DNA of 35,326 nucleotides from a bacterium (GTDB taxonomy: Bacteria > Patescibacteriota > Gracilibacteria > UBA1369 > GCA-2718715): positions 1 to 35,326 of the forward strand of contig JAUHYY010000002.1 in the NCBI GenBank assembly GCA_030426295.1. Reading direction: 5' to 3'. Position 1 is the stretch's first letter. Each line of letters opens with the position of its first letter. The translations under genes and the position numbers were made by a program. Of this stretch, positions 23,854 to 33,500 are shown one piece after another. The notes below the pieces were generated by a model. The model was not told where the DNA came from and searched no databases. It was given only the letters and a program-made list of their open reading frames with translations.

Positions 23854-24351
23854 ATGCTTGATAGTAAATACTTGAAACCAGAAGAATATTTTGTATTAAG
23901 TGCTGAGGAAGCTTTGGAACAGTTTGTAAGAGCCCAGTCTGATCGTGGTATGCCTGGTGAAGATATGAGAGCTGAAGGAGCAAGATTGATTGCTTCTTTA
24001 CAAAGGCCAAAGACTGACGAAGAATTCGAAATCTTTGTAGCTGTTATTCGTCGTAAATTAAAACAATGTTACGAGTTTGCTAAGAAAGGTAATAAAAGAA
24101 GAGAAAAGAAGTTTAATAAGTATCCAGAATTAATGGAGCATCTTTACTCTATTGAAAGGAGTGGCGAGTTTGATTATGAGCAGTTGTATGAATTGATGGA
24201 TACAGTTGTATATAGACTTAGTATGGTTGTTGATTTGGAATTTTATTCAGATGGTCAGAAGGTTGAGACTATTCCTTTAAGTAGATTTAAAAAAGGTGGT
24301 AAACAAAGAGCAAGGTATACTGAAAATGGAAGAAAAAGAACTTCCAATTAA
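23854..24351 (+). CDS. Hypothetical protein with a Lys/Arg-rich C-terminus, 165 aa
   Basis: ORF with an ATG start. No recognisable motif. Confidence 0.5.
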   Translation: MLDSKYLKPEEYFVLSAEEALEQFVRAQSDRGMPGEDMRAEGARLIASLQRPKTDEEFEIFVAVIRRKLKQCYEFAKKGNKRREKKFNKYPELMEHLYSIERSGEFDYEQLYELMDTVVYRLSMVVDLEFYSDGQKVETIPLSRFKKGGKQRARYTENGRKRTSN

Positions 24352-24677
24352 TTTTATTTAAATTAAAAAAATAAGAGCAAGACTGATGTTTGCCTTACTC
24401 TTACTTTTTAAGAAACTCCGTTCAGACGTATGCTAAAGCATATTGTTTTTCCCAATTTTTAAGTGGGTTGCCGCGGCCTTAATCCTCGAACCAAAGCTAT
24501 TAGGCGTCCCTTAGGAAACGTGATTGAAAAGATAATATTCCTTCGACTAACTAAAAGAACAGAGTAGATAAACTCTAGAACTAATCAGTCTTAGTTGCAA
24601 ATAATAGTTATTGATACAAAGAGAGCTTTATGCTCTAGTTTAAGCCGTTGTTTGACTAGTCGATTTTCGTCAACTAG

Positions 24678-25316
24678 CTATGTGCCAAGGAAAATTACTG
24701 TTTTAATTATTCCGGTCAGAAACTGGATTACTGAGTGTGTTAATGATAATCCAATTATTGATTCAAGCACATATAAGTCAAATAAGAAGAATATGATTAT
24801 GTAGGCTAGGTTTCCTTGTATGAATTCGTTGTATTTGTAGTAGAGGTGTTTTGGTAGGAGGATAGCCGCGATTTTTGATCCGTCGAGTGGAGGTATTGGT
24901 ATTAAGTTAAATGCACAGAGAAGAACGTTAAGTTCGAAGTGAATTAGTGCTATGGCAGTTAATGGGTGCGTTGGAGCAAAGATTATTGGAAGAGCGAATA
25001 ATATCGCGAGTAAGAAGTTTGAGACTGGTCCGGCTAAAGCTACTAGTGCGTGGTCTCGTTTTGGGTTCTTGAAGTAGGTTGGATTTACTGGGACTGGTTT
25101 ACCCCATCCGATACCTACGAATAAAAAGAGGAGTGATCCCCACATGTCTAGGTGTTTGGCTGGATTTAGGCTTATTCTACCTAGTTTTTCGGCAGTATGA
25201 TCACCTAGCCATTTTGCGACTAATGCATGTGAAGCTTCGTGGATAGTCAATGCTAATAGAATGGCTATAATAAAGTGAAAGAAGGCGGTTGGGCTAGCTG
25301 TAAGTAAATTCATCAT
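24678..25316 (-). CDS. Site-2 protease family (M50) membrane zinc metalloprotease
   Basis: [14 protein letters not shown] (HExxH inside a TM helix) and [13 protein letters not shown] (NxxPxxxLDG) motifs. Polytopic. Confidence 0.85.
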   Translation of the reverse strand: MMNLLTASPTAFFHFIIAILLALTIHEASHALVAKWLGDHTAEKLGRISLNPAKHLDMWGSLLFLFVGIGWGKPVPVNPTYFKNPKRDHALVALAGPVSNFLLAILFALPIIFAPTHPLTAIALIHFELNVLLCAFNLIPIPPLDGSKIAAILLPKHLYYKYNEFIQGNLAYIIIFFLFDLYVLESIIGLSLTHSVIQFLTGIIKTVIFLGT

Positions 25317-25386
25317 TTTCTCTTGTGTATTAAAAGTTCGTTTGCTATATTACGCGGGCTTTATTCTAGCATATAAACGAAAAAGA

Positions 25387-25662
25387 ATGTCACAAGTTTG
25401 CGAATATACAGGAAAAAGACCTACAACTGGTCATAACGTAAGTCATTCGAATAGAAAGACTAAAAGAAGATTCCTACCTAATCTGTTTGATGTTAAATTA
25501 ACTGATCCAGAAACTGGTAAGAAGTTTAAAGCTAGACTATCTACAAATGCTATTAAGACTTTCCAAAAGAATCCAAGCAAATTACTTCAATTCGCTAGAA
25601 AGAAAAGAAAACAATTGGAAAGAAAAGCTGAAAGACTAGCAAAGAGAGGGATAACTAGTTAA
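25387..25662 (+). CDS. rpmB: 50S ribosomal protein L28 with a Lys-rich C-terminal extension
   Basis: [33 protein letters not shown] closely parallels E. coli L28 [33 protein letters not shown]. The start is at ATG 25387, not at the track's 25342. Confidence 0.88.
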   Translation: MSQVCEYTGKRPTTGHNVSHSNRKTKRRFLPNLFDVKLTDPETGKKFKARLSTNAIKTFQKNPSKLLQFARKKRKQLERKAERLAKRGITS

Positions 25663-25691
25663 TGGCTAGTAGCTAATGGCTAAATGTGAAA

Positions 25692-25719
25692 AGCAGTGGT
25701 TTTACACCACTGTTTTTTT
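25692..25719 (+). terminator. Rho-independent terminator after rpmB
   Basis: aaGCAGTGGTtttaCACCACTGttttttt. Confidence 0.7.
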
Positions 25720-25766
25720 GTTGTGAAGATATGTTAAGATTTCTTCGTAAATTTAATAATAAAATT

Positions 25767-26168
25767 ATGTTTGAAGTTAATTATGTGGCTGTTCTTGTGG
25801 CAGGGCTTGCTTCTTATGCAGTTGGATTTTTATGGTATTCTGACATGATCTTTGGTAAAGCTTGGCGAAAATATACAGGCATGAAGGAGTCAGATATAGA
25901 GAAAGGTGGAATGATGAAACCTATGCTTCTCGGATTTGCTGGGACTTTAGTGATGATGTTTGTTTTTGCTAATGTTATTAACCTTATGGGAGCTGTAGAT
26001 TTTTCTGAAGTCTTAACTTATGCTTTCTGGGTGTGGCTTGGGTTTGTTGCAACAGCGCATTTTTCTAGTTGGGTTTGGAGTGGTAAATCATTTAATCTCT
26101 TTTTGATTGAGTCACTTAATACTTTGGTTGGTTTAATGGTTGCAGGAGCTGTTCTTGTAATGTGGTAA
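25767..26168 (+). CDS. DUF1761-family membrane protein, 133 aa
   Basis: MFEVNYVAVLVAGLASYAVGFLWYSDMIFGKAW is the typical DUF1761 N-terminus. The track's GTG start at 25686 would run through the rpmB terminator, so ATG 25767 is preferred. Confidence 0.7.
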   Translation: MFEVNYVAVLVAGLASYAVGFLWYSDMIFGKAWRKYTGMKESDIEKGGMMKPMLLGFAGTLVMMFVFANVINLMGAVDFSEVLTYAFWVWLGFVATAHFSSWVWSGKSFNLFLIESLNTLVGLMVAGAVLVMW

Positions 26169-26205
26169 GAATTGATTATTAATTGTTGATTGTTAATTTT
26201 AAAAT

Positions 26206-26463
26206 ATGAAGAATTTTGGGTTGTTGATGATGATTGTTGGGCTACTTGTGGTTGTAGGTTGCCAGAAACCAAGTGTTCCAATTCAGAGTCAAACAGATAA
26301 TAAAGTTGTTTATTCGCTTTCAGAAGGGTATACGATCGATGATCTTAAGAGGCATTGTTATGATATACATGGTGTATTTAATACTTGTGGTTCGCCTTGT
26401 GAAGAAGGTGCTGATCAGTGTATACAAGTTTGTGCATATACATGTCAGACATTTCAAAAATGA
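26206..26463 (+). CDS. Small Cys-rich lipoprotein, 85 aa
   Basis: MKNFGLLMMIVGLLVVVGCQKPS (lipobox VVGC). Seven Cys in the mature part. The stop overlaps the next gene's start (ATGA). Confidence 0.6.
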   Translation: MKNFGLLMMIVGLLVVVGCQKPSVPIQSQTDNKVVYSLSEGYTIDDLKRHCYDIHGVFNTCGSPCEEGADQCIQVCAYTCQTFQK

Positions 26464-26927
26464 TTGTAGTTTTAGATAATATTAGAAGTTGTCACAATGT
26501 AGGTTCTATATTTAGAACAGTAGATTGTGCAGGAGGATCAGGTGTTTATTTATGTGGCTACACGCCTGGTCCTTTGAATAAGTATGGGTTTGAGAATAAC
26601 AAGTTAACTAAAGTTTCTTTAGGCGCTGAACAATCTGTTAAATGGCAGCATTTTCAAAGCACAGTTGATGCTGTTAATAAGTTGAAAGAGGATGGCTATA
26701 AGGTTTATGCAGTTGAGCAAACTGAGGATTCTATAGTGATACAGGATGCTAGATCTGAGATAGGAGATTCAAAAAAAACTGCTTTTGTTTTCGGGAATGA
26801 AAAAGATGGAGTGAGTGAAGACGTTCTAAAAGTTGTAGACAAAAAAATAGAGATTCCTATGCATGGGCAGAAGAAATCTCTAAATGTTGCTACTACAGTT
26901 GGTGTAGTTTTGTTTATATTGAATTAG
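26460..26927 (+). CDS. SpoU/TrmH-family RNA 2'-O-methyltransferase (SPOUT)
   Basis: IVVLDNIRSCHNVGSIFRTVDCAG, FVFGNEKDGVSEDVL and IPMHGQKKSLNVATTVGVVLF are the three SpoU motifs. Start at ATG 26460. Confidence 0.85.
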   Translation: MIVVLDNIRSCHNVGSIFRTVDCAGGSGVYLCGYTPGPLNKYGFENNKLTKVSLGAEQSVKWQHFQSTVDAVNKLKEDGYKVYAVEQTEDSIVIQDARSEIGDSKKTAFVFGNEKDGVSEDVLKVVDKKIEIPMHGQKKSLNVATTVGVVLFILN

Positions 26928-27052
26928 AAGGCAAAAGTAGTCTCTAACATCGCCGAAATAGTAAAGCTAAGAATTAGAATGAATGCTGCGATAATAGCTA
27001 CGGCATTCTGTTTAAAGTTCTTTTTTAGTTTTCTTGCTAGAGTTTTTCCCAT
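26924..27052 (-). CDS. Possible 42-aa single-TM peptide
   Basis: MGKTLARKLKKNFKQNAVAIIAAFILILSFTISAMLETTFAF. Convergent with, and overlapping, the trmH-like stop. No other support. Confidence 0.2.
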   Translation of the reverse strand: MGKTLARKLKKNFKQNAVAIIAAFILILSFTISAMLETTFAF

Positions 27053-27187
27053 AAAAGTTTTTAATGATTAACATACTATTTTGACATATATACACTTATT
27101 TGTCAAGTAGCTAAGTACTCTTTTTGCGTAGTGTTTTGTTGAATATCAGGTTTTAAGTGGTAGTATATCTCAGTCTAACTAGTCAAA

Positions 27188-27640
27188 ATGACCTCTGTTA
27201 AAGTAATTGCAAAAAATAAGAAAGCATTTTTTGATTTCGAAATAATCGATAAATTTGAAGCAGGAATAATTTTGAATGGTGCAGAAGTTAAGTCTATTAG
27301 GCATGGTAACGTTAATTTGAAGGGGTCGTATGTTCTTGTTACTGAAAATGCTGCCTTTGTTAATGCTATGCATGTTGGTAGATATGAAAATGCGACTTTA
27401 AGTGACTATGATCCAACGGCTCAACGTAAACTTTTGCTTAATCTAAAGGAGATTGATAAGCTAAGGCGCGCTGAGAGTGATAGTGGTTTGACTGTTGTTC
27501 CTTTAGACCTTTATCTAAAGAAAGGATTAATCAAAATGACAATCGCTATAGTGCGAGGTAAGAAGCAGTATGATAAGCGTCAAACTGTTAAAAAGAGAGA
27601 TCAGGATAGGCAAATTAATAGAATTATGAAAAATAGATAG
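27188..27640 (+). CDS. smpB: SsrA-binding protein SmpB
   Basis: IAKNKKAFFDFEIIDKFEAGIILNGAEVKSIRHGNVNLKGSYV… and a C-terminal basic tail, the typical SmpB pattern. Confidence 0.9.
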   Translation: MTSVKVIAKNKKAFFDFEIIDKFEAGIILNGAEVKSIRHGNVNLKGSYVLVTENAAFVNAMHVGRYENATLSDYDPTAQRKLLLNLKEIDKLRRAESDSGLTVVPLDLYLKKGLIKMTIAIVRGKKQYDKRQTVKKRDQDRQINRIMKNR

Positions 27641-27676
27641 AAGTTTGTAATTAGTTATTAGTTATTAGTAATTAAA

Positions 27677-28456
27677 ATGGAAAGTATTTATAAACAATTA
27701 GTTAAGGGGATTCAGGATTATTTTGAAGAAGCAGGGTTCGAGAGAGGAGTGGTTGGTTTAAGTGGAGGAATTGATTCTTCACTAACTTTAAAGTTAGCAG
27801 TCGACGCCCTTGGGGCTGAGAATGTTACAGGTATATTAATGCCCGATCTTGGTTTAACAAAGCGTGAAAATATTGATCATGCATCTAAGTTAGCTGCTTA
27901 TTTTGGTGTAGAAACTTTGAAAGTTCCTATTAATGGATTTTTATCTAAGTTTGATGAGTTGCCTTGGAATCAAGTAAGTGATGATTATGCTAAGGGACTT
28001 AGACTTGCAAATATAAATGTGAAGGCTCGAACACGGATGATGATTCTTTATCATTTTGCTAATACTTTTAATGCTTTGGTACTTGGAACATCTAATTTGT
28101 CTGAAGCTTTGCTTGGTTATGGTACAAAATATGGTGATGTTGCTGCTGATCTACATGTGTTAGCTGACTTATATAAAACTGAAGTTCGAGAGTTGTCTAG
28201 ATTCTTGAATTTACCTCCAGAAATAATAAATAAGAAACCAAGTGCTGAGCTGTATAAAGATCAAACTGATGAAGCTGAGCTTGGAGCTGAGTACGAGGAG
28301 CTTGATAAGATTTTGATGCGTCGAGAAGAGGGAGTTCTTAGGTTGATCGATAGTGGGTTAAATTCTGATTTAGTTCATGAGATTTTTAACAGAATGAAGC
28401 TGCATAAGCATAAGTGTGAGTTCCCACATATTATTAAGGTGAATCGAAATGTTTGA
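27677..28456 (+). CDS. nadE: NH3-dependent NAD+ synthetase
   Basis: PP-loop VVGLSGGIDSSLT, NINVKARTRMMILY, GTSNLSEALLGYGTKYGD. Confidence 0.9.
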   Translation: MESIYKQLVKGIQDYFEEAGFERGVVGLSGGIDSSLTLKLAVDALGAENVTGILMPDLGLTKRENIDHASKLAAYFGVETLKVPINGFLSKFDELPWNQVSDDYAKGLRLANINVKARTRMMILYHFANTFNALVLGTSNLSEALLGYGTKYGDVAADLHVLADLYKTEVRELSRFLNLPPEIINKKPSAELYKDQTDEAELGAEYEELDKILMRREEGVLRLIDSGLNSDLVHEIFNRMKLHKHKCEFPHIIKVNRNV

Positions 28457-28958
28457 TGCCTTGTATATCGGAAGATTCCAGCCATTTCATAATGGTCATC
28501 TTCATGCTTTGAAATCTATTTTAGATGATAATGAAAGTGTGATTATTGCTTTGGGTAGTGCTGATAAAAGCTTTGAGAAAGATAATCCGCTTAGAATTGA
28601 GGAGCGAGAAGAGATTATTGAAGGAGTTTTGAAAGCTGAGGGGATTGATCATAATCGGTATATATTGATGCCAGTTGATGATATAGGTGATGATGAGCGA
28701 TGGGTCAAGCATGTTGAGATGTGTCTGCCTCCTTTTAAACGTATTTATTCAGGGACTCCACTTGTTCAAGACTTGTTTAAAAAAGATGGTTCTCATGAAG
28801 TATTAGATGTAAGTTTTTTAGAAGGACATAATGCTACTATGGTGCGAGAGAGAGTATTAAGTGGGGAAGATTACTCTGATTTAATTTATGGCTATACTCG
28901 TGAGTATTTAGAGAGGATTGGGTTTAAGGAAAGGATGGAGGGGATAGTTAATTCTTGA
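28449..28958 (+). CDS. Nicotinamide/nicotinate mononucleotide adenylyltransferase, archaeal (NadM) type
   Basis: YIGRFQPFHNGHL (GxFxPxHxGH nucleotidyltransferase motif) and about 170 aa in size. Overlaps nadE by 8 nt. Confidence 0.8.
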   Translation: MFDALYIGRFQPFHNGHLHALKSILDDNESVIIALGSADKSFEKDNPLRIEEREEIIEGVLKAEGIDHNRYILMPVDDIGDDERWVKHVEMCLPPFKRIYSGTPLVQDLFKKDGSHEVLDVSFLEGHNATMVRERVLSGEDYSDLIYGYTREYLERIGFKERMEGIVNS

Positions 28959-29037
28959 TTGTTAATGTTGGGAATCTTAATCTTAAGATTAATCTTGTGA
29001 TGCTGTATTGTATAATCCGTATTAATTATCAACATTT

Positions 29038-30450
29038 ATGGAAATCAATCGAAATATATTTAGGGCTTATGATATTAGAGGTATAGCGATGGGGGAGAGT
29101 CCAGATTTAACTGTGGAGGCAGCTCTTCATATTGGTAAAGCTACAGGTACACATTTTGTGCGTTTAGGTCGAAAGAATCTTGTTTGTGGACGTGATGGAA
29201 GAATGACAAGTGATGATCTTACAAGTGCTTTTATTGAAGGTGTGTTAAGTACTGGTTTGAACGTGCATGATATAGGTTTGGCTACTTCGCCTATGCTCTA
29301 TTACGCAGTGAGTATTGATGCCTATGATTGTGGTGCGTGTGTGACAGCTTCGCATAATCCAAAGGAATATAATGGGTTTAAGATTGTTGATGATTGGGCT
29401 CATAGTGTTTGTGGTGATGAGTTGCAGGAGGTTTATGAGCTGACTGTTAGAGAAGATTATGAAGTTGGTGAGGGTAAGAGATTCGATGCCAAAGTGCTTG
29501 ATAGTTATATGGAAAAGCTTCATTCAATGGTAAATATTGATAAGCCTTTGAAGATTGTTGTGGATTCGGGTAATGGAGTTACTGGTCCTTTTGTTGAAAG
29601 ACTTTTTTCATTGCCGGGAATTGACCTCCATACGCTTTATACAGACATTGATGGTGATTTCCCTAATCATATTGCTAATCCTGAGAAGCCTGAGAATCTG
29701 GTCGATTTGAAAGCTAAGGTTATAGAACTTGGTGCTGATTTAGGTCTTGGATTTGATGGTGATGGTGATAGGGTTGGTATTCTTGATGAGAATGGTGAGC
29801 ATTATAGTTGTGATCTTTTGTTAATGCTTCTGGCGCGTGATGCTTTGAGTAGAAATCCAGGGCGTAAAGTAGTGTTTGATGTTAAGTCGTCTAAGGTTGT
29901 AGAGAACGATATTAAGGCGCATGGGGGAATCCCAATTAGAACAAAGACTGGGCATTCACATATTGAAAAGGCGATTAAAGAAACCGATGCGATCATAGGT
30001 GGTGAAATTAGTGGTCATATGTTCTTTGCTGAGAATTATTTTGGTGTAGATGATGCGTTTTTAGCTGCATTGAAATTATTGCAAATGGCTTCACTTGCTG
30101 AACATAAGTTTTCTGGATTTTTTGATGACTTACCTAAGGTGTATAATACTCCAGAGATTCGTTTAAGTTGTGATGATAATCGTAAGTTTGAGTTGGTAAA
30201 GGAGTGTGTTCATGCATTCAAAGCTAGAGGCCTTGATGTATTGACTGTCGATGGAGCCTTTGTAGAGCTTAATGACTTTACATGGGGAGCCTTAAGAGCT
30301 TCTAATACAGCTCCACAATTAACATTAAGGTTTGAGTCAGACTCAGAAGAAGGTTTGCAAAAAGTTTTAGCAGTATTTTTAGAGGTTCTGGATGGTAAGG
30401 GAATTGAGCTTGCCAAAATAGCGAAATATGCTGGCTGGAGCTCGGTGTAG
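29038..30450 (+). CDS. Phosphomannomutase / phosphoglucomutase (alpha-D-phosphohexomutase)
   Basis: Active-site loop TASHNPKEYNGFK, metal loop GFDGDGDRVG, sugar loop GGEISGH, phosphate loop RASNTAP. Confidence 0.9.
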   Translation: MEINRNIFRAYDIRGIAMGESPDLTVEAALHIGKATGTHFVRLGRKNLVCGRDGRMTSDDLTSAFIEGVLSTGLNVHDIGLATSPMLYYAVSIDAYDCGACVTASHNPKEYNGFKIVDDWAHSVCGDELQEVYELTVREDYEVGEGKRFDAKVLDSYMEKLHSMVNIDKPLKIVVDSGNGVTGPFVERLFSLPGIDLHTLYTDIDGDFPNHIANPEKPENLVDLKAKVIELGADLGLGFDGDGDRVGILDENGEHYSCDLLLMLLARDALSRNPGRKVVFDVKSSKVVENDIKAHGGIPIRTKTGHSHIEKAIKETDAIIGGEISGHMFFAENYFGVDDAFLAALKLLQMASLAEHKFSGFFDDLPKVYNTPEIRLSCDDNRKFELVKECVHAFKARGLDVLTVDGAFVELNDFTWGALRASNTAPQLTLRFESDSEEGLQKVLAVFLEVLDGKGIELAKIAKYAGWSSV

Positions 30451-30505
30451 GGGCTCTCTTATGTTATAATGGCTAGATTTATTTAAAAATTTAACCATTA
30501 AACAA

Positions 30506-33500
30506 ATGGATATACCACTTCAAAATCTTAAGAAAAGGCTACAAAAAGTCGTTTCTATCTTTGCGATGGTGACGCTACTTGCGACATCTTTGCCTTTAAA
30601 TATTTATACAGCTTTAGCTCAAGGTGCGCCTCCGAAGTATGAAAGTGTTACTGTTACTCAATCAGCTGCTACAGATGCAATGGGGCCTAACATGGTTCTT
30701 TTGATGTTTGATCAGGTGCTTGATACTGAGAACGCAGATGCTTCAATGTTTAGTATTAAGGACGTTTCAATTCAGTCTATTAGTACAGATGTGTGGAATA
30801 ATAAAGGTATATTATTATTTACTGATGTTCTTGTGAATAAGGGCGATACTGTTTCTGTTAAAGATCTTCCTTTTTTAACCACTTCTAATCTTTTAACTAA
30901 AGATGTTGTTGTAGGTGATTTTAGCAAGCTCAATACTGGTGATGAAAAGCTTCAAAATGTAACTTTCAGTGGCCAAGATATTGTAATTAAATCGGAAAAC
31001 GGTGGTACTTTTGATTCTAAATCAAGTATTAATCCGCTTGTACATGGTGACTTTGGTGAAGGCTTGGTTACATATCAAGGAGTAGTTGCAAATACCGTTA
31101 TTAGTGGTGATACAGTTACTCTTACTCCCATTGCTGATGTGTCTGCAATGAATTTAACTATTTGTTTAGATGGGCTTCAGTTAAGTAATGGAACTTATCT
31201 TCTTGATAACTGTACAGATGTTAATGATGGTATAGATGGCGGAAACGAAGGCGGAGGAGGTGGCGGTGGTAACCAAGAAGGGATTACAGGATTTTATTAT
31301 GAAGTTAATACCCCTCTTGATTATGATCCAAAAACGAATAAAATAACTATTAGATATGGTATTGGAATTAATAATACTCAAAATGCAGAGTACTTAGGGT
31401 TTAATTATTATTTTGATGATAATGGTCAAGGTATAAGTTCAATTGATATTTCTGACCCAAAGTTAATTGAGTCTAATGTTTTAGATATTAATAATACTAC
31501 TGTTGCTCAACTTGGTGGACCACATAGTATTACTTTTTATCAGTCAGGAGGTATTCCATCAGGGGAAGGGTATGTTGATGTTTCGTTTATAGTTGATGAT
31601 GGGAATTTCCCTGATGTTTATTATGGAGCCTTCGTATTTACTGATCCTAATGATGTTTATAGTTCTATAGTTGGTGGTACTGAGTATAGTTCAGGTGGAT
31701 TTGGTATTGGTCAAAATCCACAAGGGGGAGGTGGTGATCCAGAGGTTTCTGATCTCAGTATTGCATACTTTAATGCGATTGATTCGAATACAGTTGAATT
31801 GAGTTTTAACCCTACAATTGAGGACCCTGATAATGCTGGTAATTTAGCTCTTCAATTTAGTGATAGCAAAAATAATGTTGTTACTCCTAGTAATGTTACT
31901 TTAACTGATACGAATTTAGATCCTTTGGATGGTATTGCAGTTGTAGGTGATTATATAGTTTTATCTCGAAGTAGTGGAATGACTAGTGGTGGCGGGTATT
32001 TCACTATTCGGTTTGATATGTCCCTCACGGATGGTGATAATGTTAATGTGTTTGGGGTTTTAGTTTCAGATGCTCTTGATCCTGACAATTCACATAATGG
32101 TTCTAACGTTACTAGTTCTGGTGTGATTGGATCATTTGGAGGTCAAGGTGGTGGTGGCGATGAAGGAGCAGATGCTCTTTCTGGAGCTACTATTGGATCG
32201 TTTACTACGAGTTCAGCTACATTAACGTTTACGCTCGGTGATAGTGGTCTACCTGCTAATCATTATATTAAATATTCATTCACATCTAATGCTGTTTCTC
32301 TTGTTCCTGCGGATGGGACAGTAAGTAGTGTTGTAGCTACTCATGCTGAAGGTAATAGTGGTTCTATTAATTTTAGCAATCCAGACTTTTACTTCAGTGA
32401 TGGTAGTGATATTTCTGCAGGTATGGATCTTTCTTTCGTTGCAGATGGTGGATTCAGTAATGCTCAAGAGGGTAGTCAAGTTGATATGACTGCACAATTA
32501 TTTGGCAATGGTAAAGATGGCATCCCAGGTACTGGTGATGATATTGCATATGGAGATGCTGTTTCAGGGTCAGCGGTTATTGCTCCTGATCAAGTACAGA
32601 AAGCTGTTCTTAATAAGATGATTACTTCAAATGTTTCTGAAGCTATCAAGGCAACAGATGTAAGTCAAAATGAGCTTAGAGCTTCATTCAGTCTTGCAGA
32701 TTCTGCAAGTCTTGAAAATGGTAGATTCAGATTTTATGTGATGCAGCAAGATTTAAGTGCTCCATATAATATTACGGATGCTACATTAGTGGGCACAAAC
32801 TTAACATGTGATGAAAGTATTTCTGCAGTTGTATCTGATGATAATTCATATATAGATGTTTCGTGTCCAGGTACACTTGAGCAAGCTAATTACACTTCAG
32901 GTTTGAGTTTCTCATTTAGCCTCACGTTCGGTGAAGGAGCTCCTTCACCTTTAGATGCTGTTAAAGTAGGTGTTATGGCACTTGATTCTCAGAAACAACA
33001 AATTGGTAATACATTAATTACTGATGATATTACGGTTGGAAGTAAAGGTAACTTAGGTGTTGCTGATGAAGAAGGTGCTACTCCAGTTAGTGGTCCTTGT
33101 GATCTTGATAATGCAAATCAGCCTCCGTTCTTGCTTTATACAAGTCCACAACATAATGTTCCTGTTAATGCACCGATTTATCTGTACTTTAGTGAATGTA
33201 TTAGTTTAAATGAAAACGATATTAAACTTGAGTCAGGTGGGCAAGATATTGAGTTCGAAGTTGCACTCGATTCTCAGCCTGATGGGGAAAGTGGTGAAAC
33301 TATAGCTGCACTTGCGATTACTCCAACCTCAGGATTACCTGCTAATTCGCCGGTGGTACTTTATATTAAGGGTGCTAAAGATGCAGATAATAATCCTATT
33401 CCAATTAATGGATCTGTAAATATTGATGGTATTGATACTCAAATATTTGTAATGGATATGTTTACAGGTGTTGGTGCTGACTTTACTTTCGATTTTGGTA

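Noticed and set aside
24595-24804. 69-aa + strand ORF
   Set aside because: It overlaps the 3' end of the well-supported M50 protease gene on the other strand and has no motif, so it is likely a shadow ORF.
25686-25766. GTG-initiated N-terminal extension of the DUF1761 gene given in the ORF track
   Set aside because: The extension runs through the rpmB terminator hairpin (25692-25719). The conserved DUF1761 N-terminus begins at the ATG at 25767.
26928-27187. Possible tmRNA (ssrA) next to smpB
   Set aside because: The 260-nt gap shows no tRNA-like acceptor/T-arm (no GGTTCGA…CCA end) and no tag-peptide reading frame. It is AT-rich promoter-like sequence plus a doubtful 42-aa ORF.
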